Part shown: positions 25,613 through 38,537 of the stretch, piece by piece | Layout of the letters: each line of letters opens with the position of its first letter | Position numbering within the stretch: the first letter of the stretch is position 1 | NCBI RefSeq assembly: GCF_003918875.1 | Contig: NW_025767413.1 | Span: forward strand, 2,294,001-2,358,000 | Length of the DNA stretch: 64,000 nucleotides | Direction of reading: 5' to 3' | From: Haliotis rubra | Taxonomy: Eukaryota | Position numbers and translations under genes: made by a program | Notes under the pieces: model-generated | What the model was told of the DNA's origin: nothing | Database searches by the model: none | The model's input: only the letters and a program-made list of their open reading frames with translations

Positions 25613-27416
25613 GTCTCAGTTTCATTATCCATCATAGGGATGCTTAGGAAATAAGATGTAATTGATTTTACTGCCATTGAACAGTTGCCTCATTCAGCCA
25701 GCATTTTAAGGTATGTCCTTATACAGAAAAAAAACCCATGTAGGTATTATGTTTCGCATATCTGCATTTAAGCATTTCTGGGAAATAGACATAGTTGAAT
25801 TGAGATGTTTAAATAAGGCGCCATGTACATATTTGCAAATGCTTTTACAGAATACAGAGAGTGTTGATCAATTCAAAGATAGATACAGACGTGTACACGA
25901 GTGGAGATTCGGGTTGAGATCTACTTTGTTTAGTATTGAAGTAATAACAACGGTTGGGATGAACACATTCGTGAGACAAACCTGAATAAGTATTGTTCTG
26001 GCAGACTAAGGATCATATCCAGTTTGAATCTAGGATACAATCCTAATGTCATCGGATCACGGCTAACTGTTGACATATTTATCTGGAAGGCTAACGAGCT
26101 AGATCAAATCCTACATACATTATTGTTTATGGCAAAAAATGGTTATATATATCGGATCTTAAACTGTTTCTGAAGGTTTCGCACTTGGAACACACAACCT
26201 TCATTTTCGATGATGATGTCGGATATGTTCACTGCTTTGTTTTTAGTCTCTGTTTGATAATAGTGAATCCAAGAGTCTGACATGGTTATATATAGCTAAA
26301 ACATCAGATGTTCTTCAAATGTTCACGAGAGCTGATGAAACAGGAATGTTTGTGACCAGGCGATAGAAGCCTCGAGATCAAACCTGCTGAAACCTCTATA
26401 ATTCCCAGTTCTCAACACACTTATTAGACACGGCAACAGTATTGTCTGTGTGGCTTCGAGCGTCAATATTCATATCATGTATTTTAACAGATCTTCTTGA
26501 GTGTTGTCAGTTGAAGGTCTTTGATTTTCGGGAGTCCATCCCGTCACTTCAAGAACCTAATACCTTCCCACCTCCTGAACGGAAGGGAAGGTGCGCCATC
26601 ATTTAACGTTGGTATAACGTTCGTAAGGATGGCTAGCCTATTCAAATGGAGATACTTGATATTTGACCAAGTTTGTCCACGTTGAACTGAGTATTTATGT
26701 CACTTTGCAGAAATATGGTGATGTACACACACACGCACACACACAGTTCACTTCTTTCTTTTTCTCTCTCTCTCTCTCTTTCTCTCTCTGTGAGAAACAA
26801 GTAGATTTTTTCAAACTAGCTGAAACTCCTAAATCGAAAAGTCTCACGCATCATTTAACTGATTTAAGTGGTCATTAAATAACCGCCCTTGACTCAGCAT
26901 GCCGCCGATAACCTTGTTTGCAGAACCCTCTTTACAAAATGATATCTGCAGGATCGGGGTAGGGCTTCTATGTGCTATCTCCTATCACAGCATACATAAG
27001 AAATCACGTGATGTTGTAATCCCAGGCTCGTCACAAACACATGGGAACAACTAGATAAAAGTTCAAACGTTGATATCTGCCTGCCCCATGTGTCCTACAA
27101 GTGCATCTGATGCTGAGCTTCTAGGGATGTGGTTATCGTAGTGTTGTCACTGGAAGGGAGACGGGCGTGGGGAGAGGATGGGGAAGTAGGGGGAGATGAG
27201 GGGGGTGAAGTAGGAGAGGGGTGACAGGTGCCTAACACATGAAAGGACTCCAGCCTGTCGCAGAGATATCAAAATGGCGGCCGTGTGTTTTGTGACCATG
27301 ATAAAATATTGGATAGATTGCAATGAGAGAAGATAATTGATTCGTTTTAAAAAGCAATTGTTTGTCCTCACGAACAGATCTAGTAGTATGGTAAACCTAG
27401 GTGTGAATATACAATT

Positions 27417-27546
27417 CAGGGGCGGATACAGCTTTTCGGGAAGGTGGGTGGAGTGGTGGTGGTGGTGGTGGTGCACAGTTCATTTTTACCCGTTTTCATG
27501 AGAGTTTCAATGGTTTCAGGACAAAAGGGGGTATATCCGCCTATGC
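27417..27546. mobile_element. Short hAT-like MITE (CAGGGGCGGAT...ATCCGCCTATG)
   Basis: Imperfect terminal inverted repeats; caatt repeated on both flanks. Confidence 0.5.
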
Positions 27547-27813
27547 AATTCCTCAAATGAATGGAACAATTGACCTTGATTATAGGTCACTATAAAACTC
27601 CTATACAATTAAATCGACATAGCCTTTCTTCGGTGTGGTTTATATCCATCGATCAGCAACAAAAATGGGAGAATTACAAAGAATATTACTGAACACCAAG
27701 TATCATGAACACCTATTTTCACTGATCAATTACAATTTGCATCACTATGTTGCCATCACATAGAATGGGATGTGTTCCGGCAAATATATTTATATGGTGT
27801 CATAACAACACAG

Positions 27814-28058
27814 ACCCGTGAAGATCCGGGTTAGAATTGGTCTTCAGCTAACCATGCTTGTCAAAAGAGGCGACTAACGGGATCGGGTGGTCAGGCTCGC
27901 TAACTTGGTTGACACATGTCATCGTATCCCAATTGCGTAGATCGATGCTCATGCTGTTGATCACTGGATTGTCTGGTCCAGACTGGATTATTTACAGACC
28001 GCCGTCATACAGCTGGAATATTACTGAGTGCGGCGTAAAACTAAACTCACTCACTCAC
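27814..28058 (+). mobile_element. Short retroposon family B, full length
   Basis: ACCCGTGAAG start; aaactcactcactcac tail. Confidence 0.93.
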
Positions 28059-28816
28059 GTAACAAGACGATAAAAGAGTTGTGGCAGAATCTGTGGCATC
28101 AACAGTCTGGCTGTAACAGAAAAATCCCCGGTTTCCTAACTCGGAAACATGTCGTGCAAACAGAGTGATAAATGAGAGTTGTCTGGATGCAGATAAAAAA
28201 CAAAACAAAAGCACAAAATCATTTGTATTTACAGCAGTGGGACTTCCGTCTTGTGTTATGAGAAAATAATTCCTGGTGTCCTTTCATTAAGCATGAGTAA
28301 ATATACAATCCCATTGAAAAGGTGTATAGTGTGCTGCTGTTTGGTTCTTACTTCCCCCAGTGTTACGTGACAAATAAAAGACATGTTTATAGACTTGCCA
28401 AACAACTGTAATAGAAACGAGGATATTTATGGGACGAAGAGCAAAAGAAACGATAGCAGTAGTCACATGTTTAGTTTTCATCAAAGTGGCAATTATAAAA
28501 TATAAAAAACTTAACTGCATTGGAGCTTAGTCAGCACGGAAAGGAAACTTTTACGTGGTTTCATTTAAAAAAATGTAACTTGATTTAAAACATTTGAAAA
28601 AATAATTTAAAAAACCCAAAAACATTACAAGTGCTTTGTCGACACAAATGTACACCATTTCAAACATGGAAGGTATCATGTGCTTGCAAATTCATTTCTT
28701 TACCCTCTTTGTGAAACCTATTTAGTTCAACTCCAAATGGCAAGCCTCAGATTACGTTTTCAATTTTTTTGAAGGAAACGGTAATGAATAAAAGGATATT
28801 AGCTTAATAGAGTAAT

Positions 28817-29115
28817 GAGTTTATTCAGTAGTATTTGGGCCATAAGGCCTATGATACAGTTGACAAATACAATTTAAATTACACGTATTTTGAATATCTC
28901 ATTGAGATAGATAGCTGTTAGATGCTGTACATTACTTTCTTGTGACATGAAAATTGCCTGAATGGTTAGTGGGCCTCTGTAGACTGATTGTAGCTTCTGT
29001 AGATATAGACTTCCGGCTTGATTATACTTGTCACAAACAAAAAATACATGGTTCTCATCTTCATTAAGGTTATGATTACAAAGTTCACAGATGGGGTTGA
29101 TTGCCGCACGCACTG
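28817..29115 (-). mobile_element. LINE 3' end (ORF2 C-terminal CCHC knuckle + 3' UTR), CR1/L2/RTEX-group-like
   Basis: ICELCNHNLNEDENHVFFVCDKY ... IYLNEIFKIRVI*, followed by a short UTR with ggccttatggccc and AATAAA. Confidence 0.82.
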
Positions 29116-29741
29116 CACTCTAGGGGGATAAACAATACCGTGTGGCAGAAGACTTTACAGAGAGGGTCCGATGGATCAGATCTCAGCTATTCCCGTCAAT
29201 GCAACAGGCCAGGGACGAGGGCAAAATAGCCTTCATGAACTACGATAAACTAATCATTGATGGTACAGTGTTTGCATTTGAGGAAAGTGATGGTTCCTTG
29301 CGACAGATTGGACAGCGTCACAACTGGGAAAGACGTACACCCCGGAGACCCGCCCCCGACCCCGCCCAAGCAGAGGGCGAACAGTCAAGTTCCCAGTAGG
29401 AATACGGCCAAGGCTACAGTGACACTTCTATGAGCTCCACAGACTCATTTGTTAAACGTTTATTGACTATATTAGTATGGAATGTTCATGGACTTTTATC
29501 AAACATAAATAGTTCTGACTTTTGCAATTTTTGTGAACAATTTGATATGTTTTGCTTTTCAGAAACCATGTGTGTGAATTATAAAGATATTCTTGCTAAC
29601 ACATTTAGAGATGCTGTGTGCTATACTGTAGATGCCAAACGTGTGTGTGATCGTGGGAGATTCTCTGGTGGGATCAGTGTCTGTGTGAGAAGGGATATAA
29701 GTGAATACGTACAGAGAGTGTATCATGAGTGACAAAATATG
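29116..29741 (+). mobile_element. LINE internal fragment (ORF1 C-terminus + ORF2 AP-endonuclease N-terminus), inverted relative to 28817-29115
   Basis: ORF1 CTD motif AEDFTERVRWIRSQL..ARDEGKIAFMNYDKLIIDG; APE motifs WNVHGL, DMFCFSET, GRFSGGISVCVR. Confidence 0.85.
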
Positions 29742-31144
29742 ATAGAGTAATAACCTATCTTCGCGAACACGTGGTATCATCATAATGTGATAGTGATTTC
29801 TAAACACAGGCTCATGATAAAGTGGATCATTTGACTCTGGTTCTTTTTTCTTACGGATGTGGAAAGGGTTTGTTGCTGTTTTATTCAATTAAAACACGGT
29901 CTGTTGTTTTTGTTCCTCATTTTAGTAAATACAGAAGGTATATTTTCCCGGTAAAATGATTTTGGAAGAAAACTGATGATGTAACTATTTATGCATTTAA
30001 ACACACATTAAACCTTACTATAATTCAATAACATGAATTTAAACCGTAGTACGCATTTTGTTCGCTTTATACATAAAGAGGTTATTATTCAACATCATTA
30101 ACCCAGCCAGAACATGTCTAACGGTTTCTTCGTAATCACCAATGTGCACTTAACCAAATGTATAACATTTACATTCAATGAAATGTGAAACATCCATTAA
30201 CTCTGCTTAACCGATGCAGTACGACTGGCGAAACAGAACGCCCTATTTCCTACAAACGTTCCGGTAACGTACATCAACCTTTCGCGTAAAAACAAGACAC
30301 AATTTTACTTCCAGTGTAGACAGAGCATTTGTTATAGTCCACGGAGAGCATGATTACCCATTAGCCAGAAATGCCAGGATGTTATGAAATGAACAAGGAA
30401 GCACCGAGGGTTGAAGTTTAGAGAGGGCAGGGTAATAAAGGGGGTCGGAGGGTGACAAGTGGGTGCATATATGTAAACCAACAAACAGTGACACCAGACA
30501 GCTCTGACCGCTATTTGATTGTGCACTCCCTTACATGTCTGGTATGTTTGAATATATATCACGTTGCGTCGATTTACATGTCTGTAACTCCTGACATCGC
30601 TTGTGCCTCTGGGGAAATTTAAGGAGTGACAGTTTGTCCTTTAGAATGAGTTTCGTAGCAGATCTGAGAGAAATGTCTAAGAACCCCTATGAACATCTTG
30701 ATGAAATAGATGCAGTTGATGAAATGATCACTCTAACACCACATTTGTAAAAATAACATAGGTCTGTATTTTCACATAGCTGTCCTCTAAAGTAAATTGG
30801 TTTGTTAGAGTAGTGAACATGTTGAAACAATCATAATATTTTTTTTTATTGTATTAAATGCGTAAATAAATACATAGAACCTACTTCGTATAATGTGCTT
30901 AATGGAAGTGCTTAGCCTCTACAGGAACATAGCAATAATGAATAATGAGTTTGAAATTATTTATGTGTCGAAATTGCAGTACATTAGAACGTCGCTTATT
31001 GGGACTCTTGCGTTTTCTGTCTTTGTATACGTTTTTAAAATTATTTAGAACTGACAGCTGCCATTTTCTATATATTCTGTGTAATTGTTTCAAGTTGAAC
31101 CCTAACTGATTGTCGCAGACATGTGAATCCACGCAATCTATGGG

Positions 31145-31351
31145 CCCATGAAGATATTGGTCTTCAGCAACAATGTCTGAAGTAAGAGACGACCAATGGG
31201 ATCGGGTTGACAGGTTCGTTCACTTGGTTGATACATGTCATCATATCCCAGTTGCGTAGAACGATGCTCATGACGTTGATCACTGGATTGTCTGGTCCAG
31301 ACTCGATTATTACAGACCACCGCCATATAGCTGGGATATTGCCAACCAACC
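31145..31351 (+). mobile_element. Family B copy with a small internal 5' deletion
   Basis: ccatgaagat|attggtcttcag then the family B body. Confidence 0.82.
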
Positions 31352-33194
31352 ATCTATGTTATCTTTGAAATAAATCAAATGAGAGGAAGGAGGCACTAAG
31401 AACACAGATTAATCGAAAGCACCATTGAAGACCATTTTCACCATTTTCACCATTGAAGACCATGCTTCATCATGTTTCACATCTGACATTTACCATTACA
31501 GAAGGAGTTACACCTGAACGACAAAATACATCAGATGCACAAATTGAACCCATCAAATTCTACTATCACTGACAACATGTTTCAGACATCTTATCAAAGG
31601 ATCTTGTGTAAATACAACATACGCGTGTTTCTTGTTTCTGTTCGCATGGCCGATTAAAAAACATTTCTGGCACCAAAAATAAATTAACCCTGGAACATGG
31701 CAATAAGAAACAAACCAACTCTAGGTAACCAAACAAATCTCACAGCGATATCTAAACAAACTACACTTTAGTTCAAGAATTAGCCGTTCCTCCTAGGGCC
31801 TGTTTTAATTAGACCCCAACCAGAAAACATCACGTGTAATACATTACACCAGATGACTGGATGTTTGAAAACACGTACAATTACACATAAGATGTGACTC
31901 TCGGTGCAAGCAGCATTTCCCACGATGGGATAACAGAACCGGCAATGCATCACCCTTCAGTGTGAAGTGGGGTTGAATATTGGGAGCATGCATGCATGAG
32001 AAAAGAGATTTGTAAGAAAATCTGTAAATTCCATATGCCTGTTAAAGGATGTTAAAGTTGTTTCCCGGGTCCGTGATCCATTCACTTGAATGTGTTACCG
32101 TGTGTCATTACCATTTGTAAAACCGAGCACGGGCAATAGCGAATATTAAAACCAGACGTTCCTTTTAATGTATATTTGAATTATAAATGAAACGAAGTGC
32201 TTTCATGATTTTAATCTTTTTCTGAACAAAGTCCACCTTGGTACAATTATTTTCATAATCTGAATTTCGCGTTAGCGGATCATGATGGGAATGCAAATGC
32301 CGTGTAAGATACAAACGTCTTTCTGATCAGATACAAATTGGCTTAACTGACGAAATGGTCTCCCGTCAGCGCTGGTAGCACTATTAATGAAGTAAATGTT
32401 CCTTACATTTACTGTTACATCTAGGAGTGATCCTATCAATAAGCCGTTAACCCTAACTACGCCAGTTTATCATCCATCCAGCGACAAGTACATAGAGTCA
32501 AGGATGCAAGATGGCCGAAACTGATAACACCTCAACTACATTCCACTCGCCAAAGTGAGACAGAAATGCATCGAAACGTTTCAGACAGTGAGTTGTTATA
32601 TGTGGCGTGAAACTGGACCATACATTTAAGTGTTGTTGGAGGTGATGATCGCTCAGAATGATAGGTCTGTTCAGGGTTCTATGATTGCGACAGTTAATTT
32701 ACTAACAGATCCAATTGGCGTCAGTTTTCCCTTGATGGGAACACCCGCTAACTGGGTTTATTAAGGACATATGAAAAAGCATAATGATAGTTTTGTTCGC
32801 TACTTGGAGATATGCATTTAGATATGAATATATGTAGCTTATCGTCTGTGGCCTCTTATCGTTGTGTCATTACGGTATGTCTGAAAAAAAAGTATTCATT
32901 AAATTAATCATATTCTTTCCAAAACAGAAATGTTTAGTCTATATTTTAAGTTATTCACGTAATTGAGATTTTTGATAAATGTTACAATAAATGTATATCG
33001 TGTATGTTGACCTCTCTAAGACTGGTACTTGCCAGAGAGCTGAGAATGTAACTGAGACCACAATGATCCAATAACCAGTGTAAAATGGTGCACTTTGAGC
33101 ATGCTATTTTGCAGGCACAAGTCAGTACAAAATGATGTTTACAAAGACTGAAACAATATGCAGTCACACATACAATAATATCCGACGTTATGAA

Positions 33195-33437
33195 TGCGTG
33201 AGTTTAATTTTTACACCGCATTCAGCAATATTCCAGCTCTATGGCGGCTGTCTGTAAATAATCGAATCTGGACCAGACAATCCAGAGATCAACATCATGA
33301 GCATCGTTCTACGCAATTGGGATACAATGACATGCGTCAACCAAGTCAACGAGCCTGACCACCCGATCCCGTTAGTCGCCTCTTACGACAAGCATGGGTT
33401 ACTGAAGATCAATATTCTAACCCGGATCTTCACGGGT
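33195..33437 (-). mobile_element. Short retroposon family B, full length
   Basis: Ends ..gatcttcacgggt on the + strand; TSD cgacgttatg. Confidence 0.93.
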
Positions 33438-33520
33438 CTTCGACGTTATGCATAAGGTTAAATAAACATTATTCTGGAAGGAAACCCTCAGGTCTCAGGA
33501 ACCTAATTTCATGGCTGAAA

Positions 33521-33668
33521 TGGAGTAAGTGAATATGTTTGGTTTTAGGCAGTTTTAGAAATATCACAACGGGAGACACCATGAATGGGCTTTACACATT
33601 GTACCCATGTGGGAATCGAACTCGAGCCTTGTTCGAACGCTTTAACCACTAGGCTACCCCACCGCCCC
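33521..33668 (-). mobile_element. SINE family A, degenerate
   Basis: Homology to family A; 12-bp TSD tcatggctgaaa. Confidence 0.85.
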
Positions 33669-34254
33669 TCATGGCTGAAAGCTGATGAATATGAGCTGCT
33701 GGAACTGAGAAGGAGATTAAACGGAATGGGGGATGACTAATTATATACTCTGGAGTCTCTAAGGGAGACTGGCATATTACACTATAACTTACCACTATGT
33801 GTTGATGAAAGCGTGTAACAGTAGGTGACTTAATTAACAGAATACACTGTGCTTTCACGTTTCGGAAAAATGCACCAACAAGAAAATTATGGAAGAATTG
33901 CAGATATACATCACGAGTGCGTTTATTCAAAGGGAAATCTTACTCGATTAGGGAATGTCCCCGGTCCATAAATATATAAGCCTCATTTCAACAGCCTCAT
34001 TTAACTATGTGCTCACAATATTTGCCAAGTCGACCTTTTCAGCTTGAAAACAGGCATTATAACCAGGGAATTTACACATTTGTTTAGAGTAAGATTTGCG
34101 ATAGCGTTATAGCCAGTTTGGCGTAATATCTAGGGAATTCATGGAATAACAATGGCACTAAAACCAGGGGTATTATAACCAGAGTGTACTGTAAATACAC
34201 TCAACAAGTACAATTCCAGTGGAAGATATATGTCTCATAGGAACGTCATCAGAA

Positions 34255-34725
34255 GTGTAAGCACCCATAGGACGCCATGAAGGACATAGTGAAAGGTGTG
34301 GACCCACACCAATAGGCGTCACGTGTCTGGACCCATAGGACACGTCGTCACGTCTCATCAGGTGTCAATTGTCTGGACCCATAGGACACGTCATCGGGGG
34401 GACCCATAGGACACGTCGTCAGGTGTCACATGTTGTCTGTGACCCATAGGACACGTCATCAAGTGTCACATCGTCAGGTGTCTGGACCCATAGGACACGT
34501 CATCAGGTGTCACTTGTCTGGACCCATAGGACACGTCGTCAGGTGTCACTTGTCTGGACCCATAGGACACGTCGTCAGGTGTCACATGTCTGGACCCATA
34601 GGACACGTCGTCAGGTGTCACTTGTCTGAACCATAGGACACGGACTTGTCACGTAGTCAGGTGTTACATGACCCAGGACACCCTCGGCCTCGACCATCAG
34701 GGTCACTTGTCTGAACCCATGCGAG
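34255..34725. repeat. Minisatellite, 36-bp unit (ggacccataggacacgtcgtcaggtgtcacttgtct)
   Basis: Homogeneous core 34480-34640 with decayed flanking units. Confidence 0.92.
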
Positions 34726-35519
34726 GACCATGTCATTTGGTATCATATGTTTGGTCCATGTCTTCAGGACCATGTCACATGTTTGGCATCATCGTCCTCG
34801 CCATCAGCTGTCACCTAATCTTACAATGTCATATTGCCGGAGTACCCATCACCTGAAGCATAACATTACATTCCCTTGCTCTTGGACCTTCATATTAGAT
34901 GTCCGGAATCCTCCTCCACGTCATCTGATGCCAAGGTATGCATCCTCCGTGCCACGATTATCTGAAATCTTTGTGATAGAATCAAATGCCGCAAACCTGG
35001 AATAATACCATTCACACCATCTGGTACCAGACTCTAGCTACATGCCAGAATCTCTCGTACAGACCTGGGAAACACTCTTCATAATTCATCCATTCAATAT
35101 AACTTATAACACTTGCTAATTATTAATGTAAAACACGGATAGGTTCTGGATCATTGAAACTCACATGCGCCTGTTAACCCCGCTGTAATAGGATCATCAT
35201 ATCAACTCAACGCCGATGTATACGCATGTTACGCTAATACAGGATAATTAACAGTAACATTTTCTTTAGCAAGATTGGTTTTTAACGGCTTTCAGCTAAT
35301 TTGTATGGTTTATACTTCCCATCTGGCTACCTTTCATGTTGTCGTCCGTACCTGACCTATGACGCACGTGTCACCATAGTGACCCTGCGTGCACGGATCG
35401 TGCAGGTTTATGCACTTATTTCATTACATTTTTACGGAATAGTTTTAGGTCCTACAGGTACTGTTGCTAGTACTTATTTGACCTACGTTTATCAAAATGT
35501 TCACTTCCATATGTCAGCT

Positions 35520-35660
35520 TTGAGGATCTGGGTTTGAATTGGTTTTCATCAACCCATGCTTGTCGTAAGAGGTTGATTGGTAGATGCGTGTCATATTTAC
35601 GACCGCCATCATATCCCTCGAACAGCTCGAATATTACTGAGTGCAAAGTTAAGGAATAAA
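35520..35660 (+). mobile_element. Family B, degenerate and internally deleted
   Basis: tgaggatctgggtttgaattggttttcatcaacccatgcttgtcgtaagagg ... aatattactgagtgc. Confidence 0.65.
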
Positions 35661-35788
35661 GTTCATGTGTTTGGCTACTGGTCACATGAGTGTTCTCATG
35701 AGAAATACCGTTAACTGCTGCAGAGATGAAAGGAGCCATTTTATGACCCATTCTTACTAGCGTACATCCTTCAATAGCGTACATTCCT

Positions 35789-35896
35789 GGGCCTAGATTT
35801 TCGAAGCTCTCTTAGCGCTAAGATAGTCGTAAGTGCCATGCCCTAACATTAACTTGCGACTATCTTAGCACTAAGAGAGCTTCGAAAATCTAGGCC
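35789..35896. mobile_element. Palindromic MITE with CTG TSD (PIF/Harbinger-like)
   Basis: CTG|GGCCTAGATTTTCGAAGCTCTCTTAG ... CTAAGAGAGCTTCGAAAATCTAGGCC|CTG. Confidence 0.88.
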
Positions 35897-36156
35897 CTGA
35901 ACTTCTCCCTACTTTGCAGCTTTTATCTGAAAATCAGAACAGCTGAAACAGTTGGTCAAAGGACTGCTCCATCCTGAGAGTCCTTCGGATCACACACATG
36001 ACAGAGAATGTTGGGAAGATAATGAGGACACAAGCCTTGTCATATTACTAATGTTCTTGTATGGATTACCGTGTAATATTCAATCTGCATCCTTCGCAAG
36101 TAATTCGCTAATCAAGATATTACACCTTGAGGTAAGGGGATGTGAGTTGAGGTGAG

Positions 36157-36392
36157 GAGTGAGTGAGTGAGTAAAGATTTCTAGTCACATCGGCAGTATT
36201 TCAGTCATACAGTGACCAAAGCAAGTTATTTGTTCACGACACATACACCGCGAATATAAAAACCTGTTGACGAACTACATTACAAATAACTAGAATATCA
36301 CAGATACTGAGGTTTTTCAACTAGCATGCAAATATAAACCTATAGACAATTATATAACAAGCTACAGGTCAACAGCTGAAGGCAGATCAGTT
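36157..36392 (-). mobile_element. 3' UTR fragment of the I-group (Nimb-like) LINE
   Basis: Colinear with 52666-52920 (gtcacatcggca.tatttcag, aactagaatatcacagat, caac.ctgaagg.agatca); (cact)n tail. Confidence 0.75.
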
Positions 36393-36617
36393 GAGGTGGA
36401 ATGTGTTTCATCGCTGCTTTCAAGATTATTGCGCATATACTAGTAGCCATGTGCATGCATGTACGTGTGTGTGTCTCTATGAGTTGTTATATATACTTAA
36501 TTGTCCGGACTGATGCTGCCTCGATAGTACTAACATACTGTGATATACAACGGGTTAACATGGGTACCCCTACCAAAACACAGTTTGCTCAGTCTGAGCC
36601 GAACAGTCCTTGTAATG

Positions 36618-37737
36618 CCGAGCATACAGACGTGCATACAGCCGGGCATACAGCCGTGCATACAGCCGGGCACACAGCCGGGCATACAGTACAGCCGGGC
36701 ATACAGTCGGGCATACAGTCGGGCATACAGCCGGGCAAACAGCCGGGCACACAGCCGGGCAAACAGTCGGACAAACAGTCGGGCATACAGTCGGGCATAC
36801 AGCCGGGCATACAGCCGGGCACAGCCGGCATACAGCCGGGCACACAGCCGGGCACACAGCTGGGCAAACAGTCGGGCATACAGTCGGGCATACAGCCGGG
36901 CACACAGCCGGACATACAGCCGGGCACACAGCCGGGCATACAGCTGGGCAAACAGTCGGGCATACAGTCGGGCATACAGTCGGGCATACAGCCGGGCATA
37001 CAGCCGGACACAGCCGGGCATACAGTCGGGCATACAGCCGGGCATACAGCCGGGCATACAGCCGGGCACACAGCCGGGCATACAGCCGGGCATACAGCCG
37101 GGCATACAGTCGGGCACACAGTCGGGCACACAGTCGGGCATACAGTCGGGCACACAGTCGGGCATACAGCCGGGCATACAGTCGGGCATACAGTCGGGCA
37201 AACAGTCGGGCGATACAGTCGGGCATACAGCCGGGCATACAGCCGGGCACACAGCCGGACATACAGCCGGGCACACAGCCGGGCACACAGCCGGGCATAC
37301 AGTCGGGCATACAGCCGGGCATACAGCCGGGCACACAGCCGGGCATACAGCCGGGCATACAGCCGGGCACAGCCGGGCATACAGCCGGGCATACAGCCGG
37401 GCATACAGCCGGGCATACAGCCGGGCATACAGCCGGGCATACAGCCGGGCATACAGCCGGGCATACAGCCGGGCACACAGCCGGGCACACAGTCGGGCAC
37501 ACAGTCGGGCATACAGCCGGGCACACAGCCGGGCATACAGCCGGGCATACAGCCGGGCATACAGCCGGGCATACAGCCGGGCATACAGCCGGGCAAACAG
37601 TCGGGCATACAGTCGGGCATACAGCCGGGCATACAGCCGGGCATACAGCCGGGCACACAGCCGGACATACAGCCGGGCAAACAGTCGGGCATACAGTCGG
37701 GCATACAGCCGGGCACACAGCCGGGCATACAGTCGGA
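36618..37737. repeat. GC-rich minisatellite, 12-bp unit (cagccgggcata and variants)
   Basis: About 93 units; explains the five long overlapping low-complexity ORFs. Confidence 0.97.
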
Positions 37738-37824
37738 AATGGCTGACTGCAATGTGAAAACATTTGTGTCTCACTCTACCATTGCTACTGGCATGTATAT
37801 GTGCAAGAACCTACGGGATTACCA

Positions 37825-38017
37825 ACCCGTGAAGATCCGCTTAGAATTGATCTTCAGCAACCCATGCTTGTCGTAAGAGGCGACTAACGGGATCGAGAGG
37901 TCAGGTTCAATGCTCATGCTGTTGATCACTGGATTGTCTGGTCCAGCCTCGATTGTTTACAGACCTCCGCCACATATCTGGAATATTGCTGAGTGCGACG
38001 TTAAACAACTAACCAAA
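37825..38017 (+). mobile_element. Family B, internally deleted
   Basis: ACCCGTGAAG start; TSD acgggatta. Confidence 0.88.
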
Positions 38018-38317
38018 ACGGGATTATTAATGACATCATAACACACTTAAACTGGTTGATCAGAAAGGGCTGACACCTGTTGCATATTCCTTGAAGCAGC
38101 TGATGGATAGTGGACCTATTAGGATTAACCTAACAGTTAATGTCGACAGCATCGCTTTCAACTTTTCGGTTGTGTAGAAATCATGACGACTTCATGGGTG
38201 ATCGTGACGACATTAAATCATCAGTGACTTTAACTGTTTGACCGGCATTCTAGATGTTGCTAAGTAAAAAATGAAGCATACAACTTTATGGATAACAACT
38301 TCTTGTTTACTGCATAG

Positions 38318-38356
38318 ATCGACGTTTCGATGTAGATTCTCACACCATTTTCAAGC
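38318..38356 (-). ncRNA. Minimal type-I hammerhead-ribozyme-like motif (Penelope-like element type)
   Basis: Minus strand: cTTGAAAA t GGTGT gagaatct ACATC GAAA cgTC. U3-A8 core variant, stem II, GAAA and a minimal palindromic stem III. Confidence 0.5.
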
Positions 38357-38537
38357 TAAAAGTGACTACATCAATATGAGATGTTTCGACAGTAACAGCA
38401 GGTCCTGGCACCTATGTCAGGGTAGATTACAAGTTCAACCTGCTTAAAAGGTATGATTGTTGTGCCGTGTATAGTTTGTCTGTTGTTTTACTATACAGTC
38501 AGAAATACTGCACATGTATCACGACTGTCTGTCAGTG

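Noticed and set aside
36401-37876. Five long ORFs (387-491 aa; QPGI/YSRA/CPAV repeats) as genes
   Set aside because: They arise from a stop-free 12-bp minisatellite, and the longest ends inside a family B retroposon.
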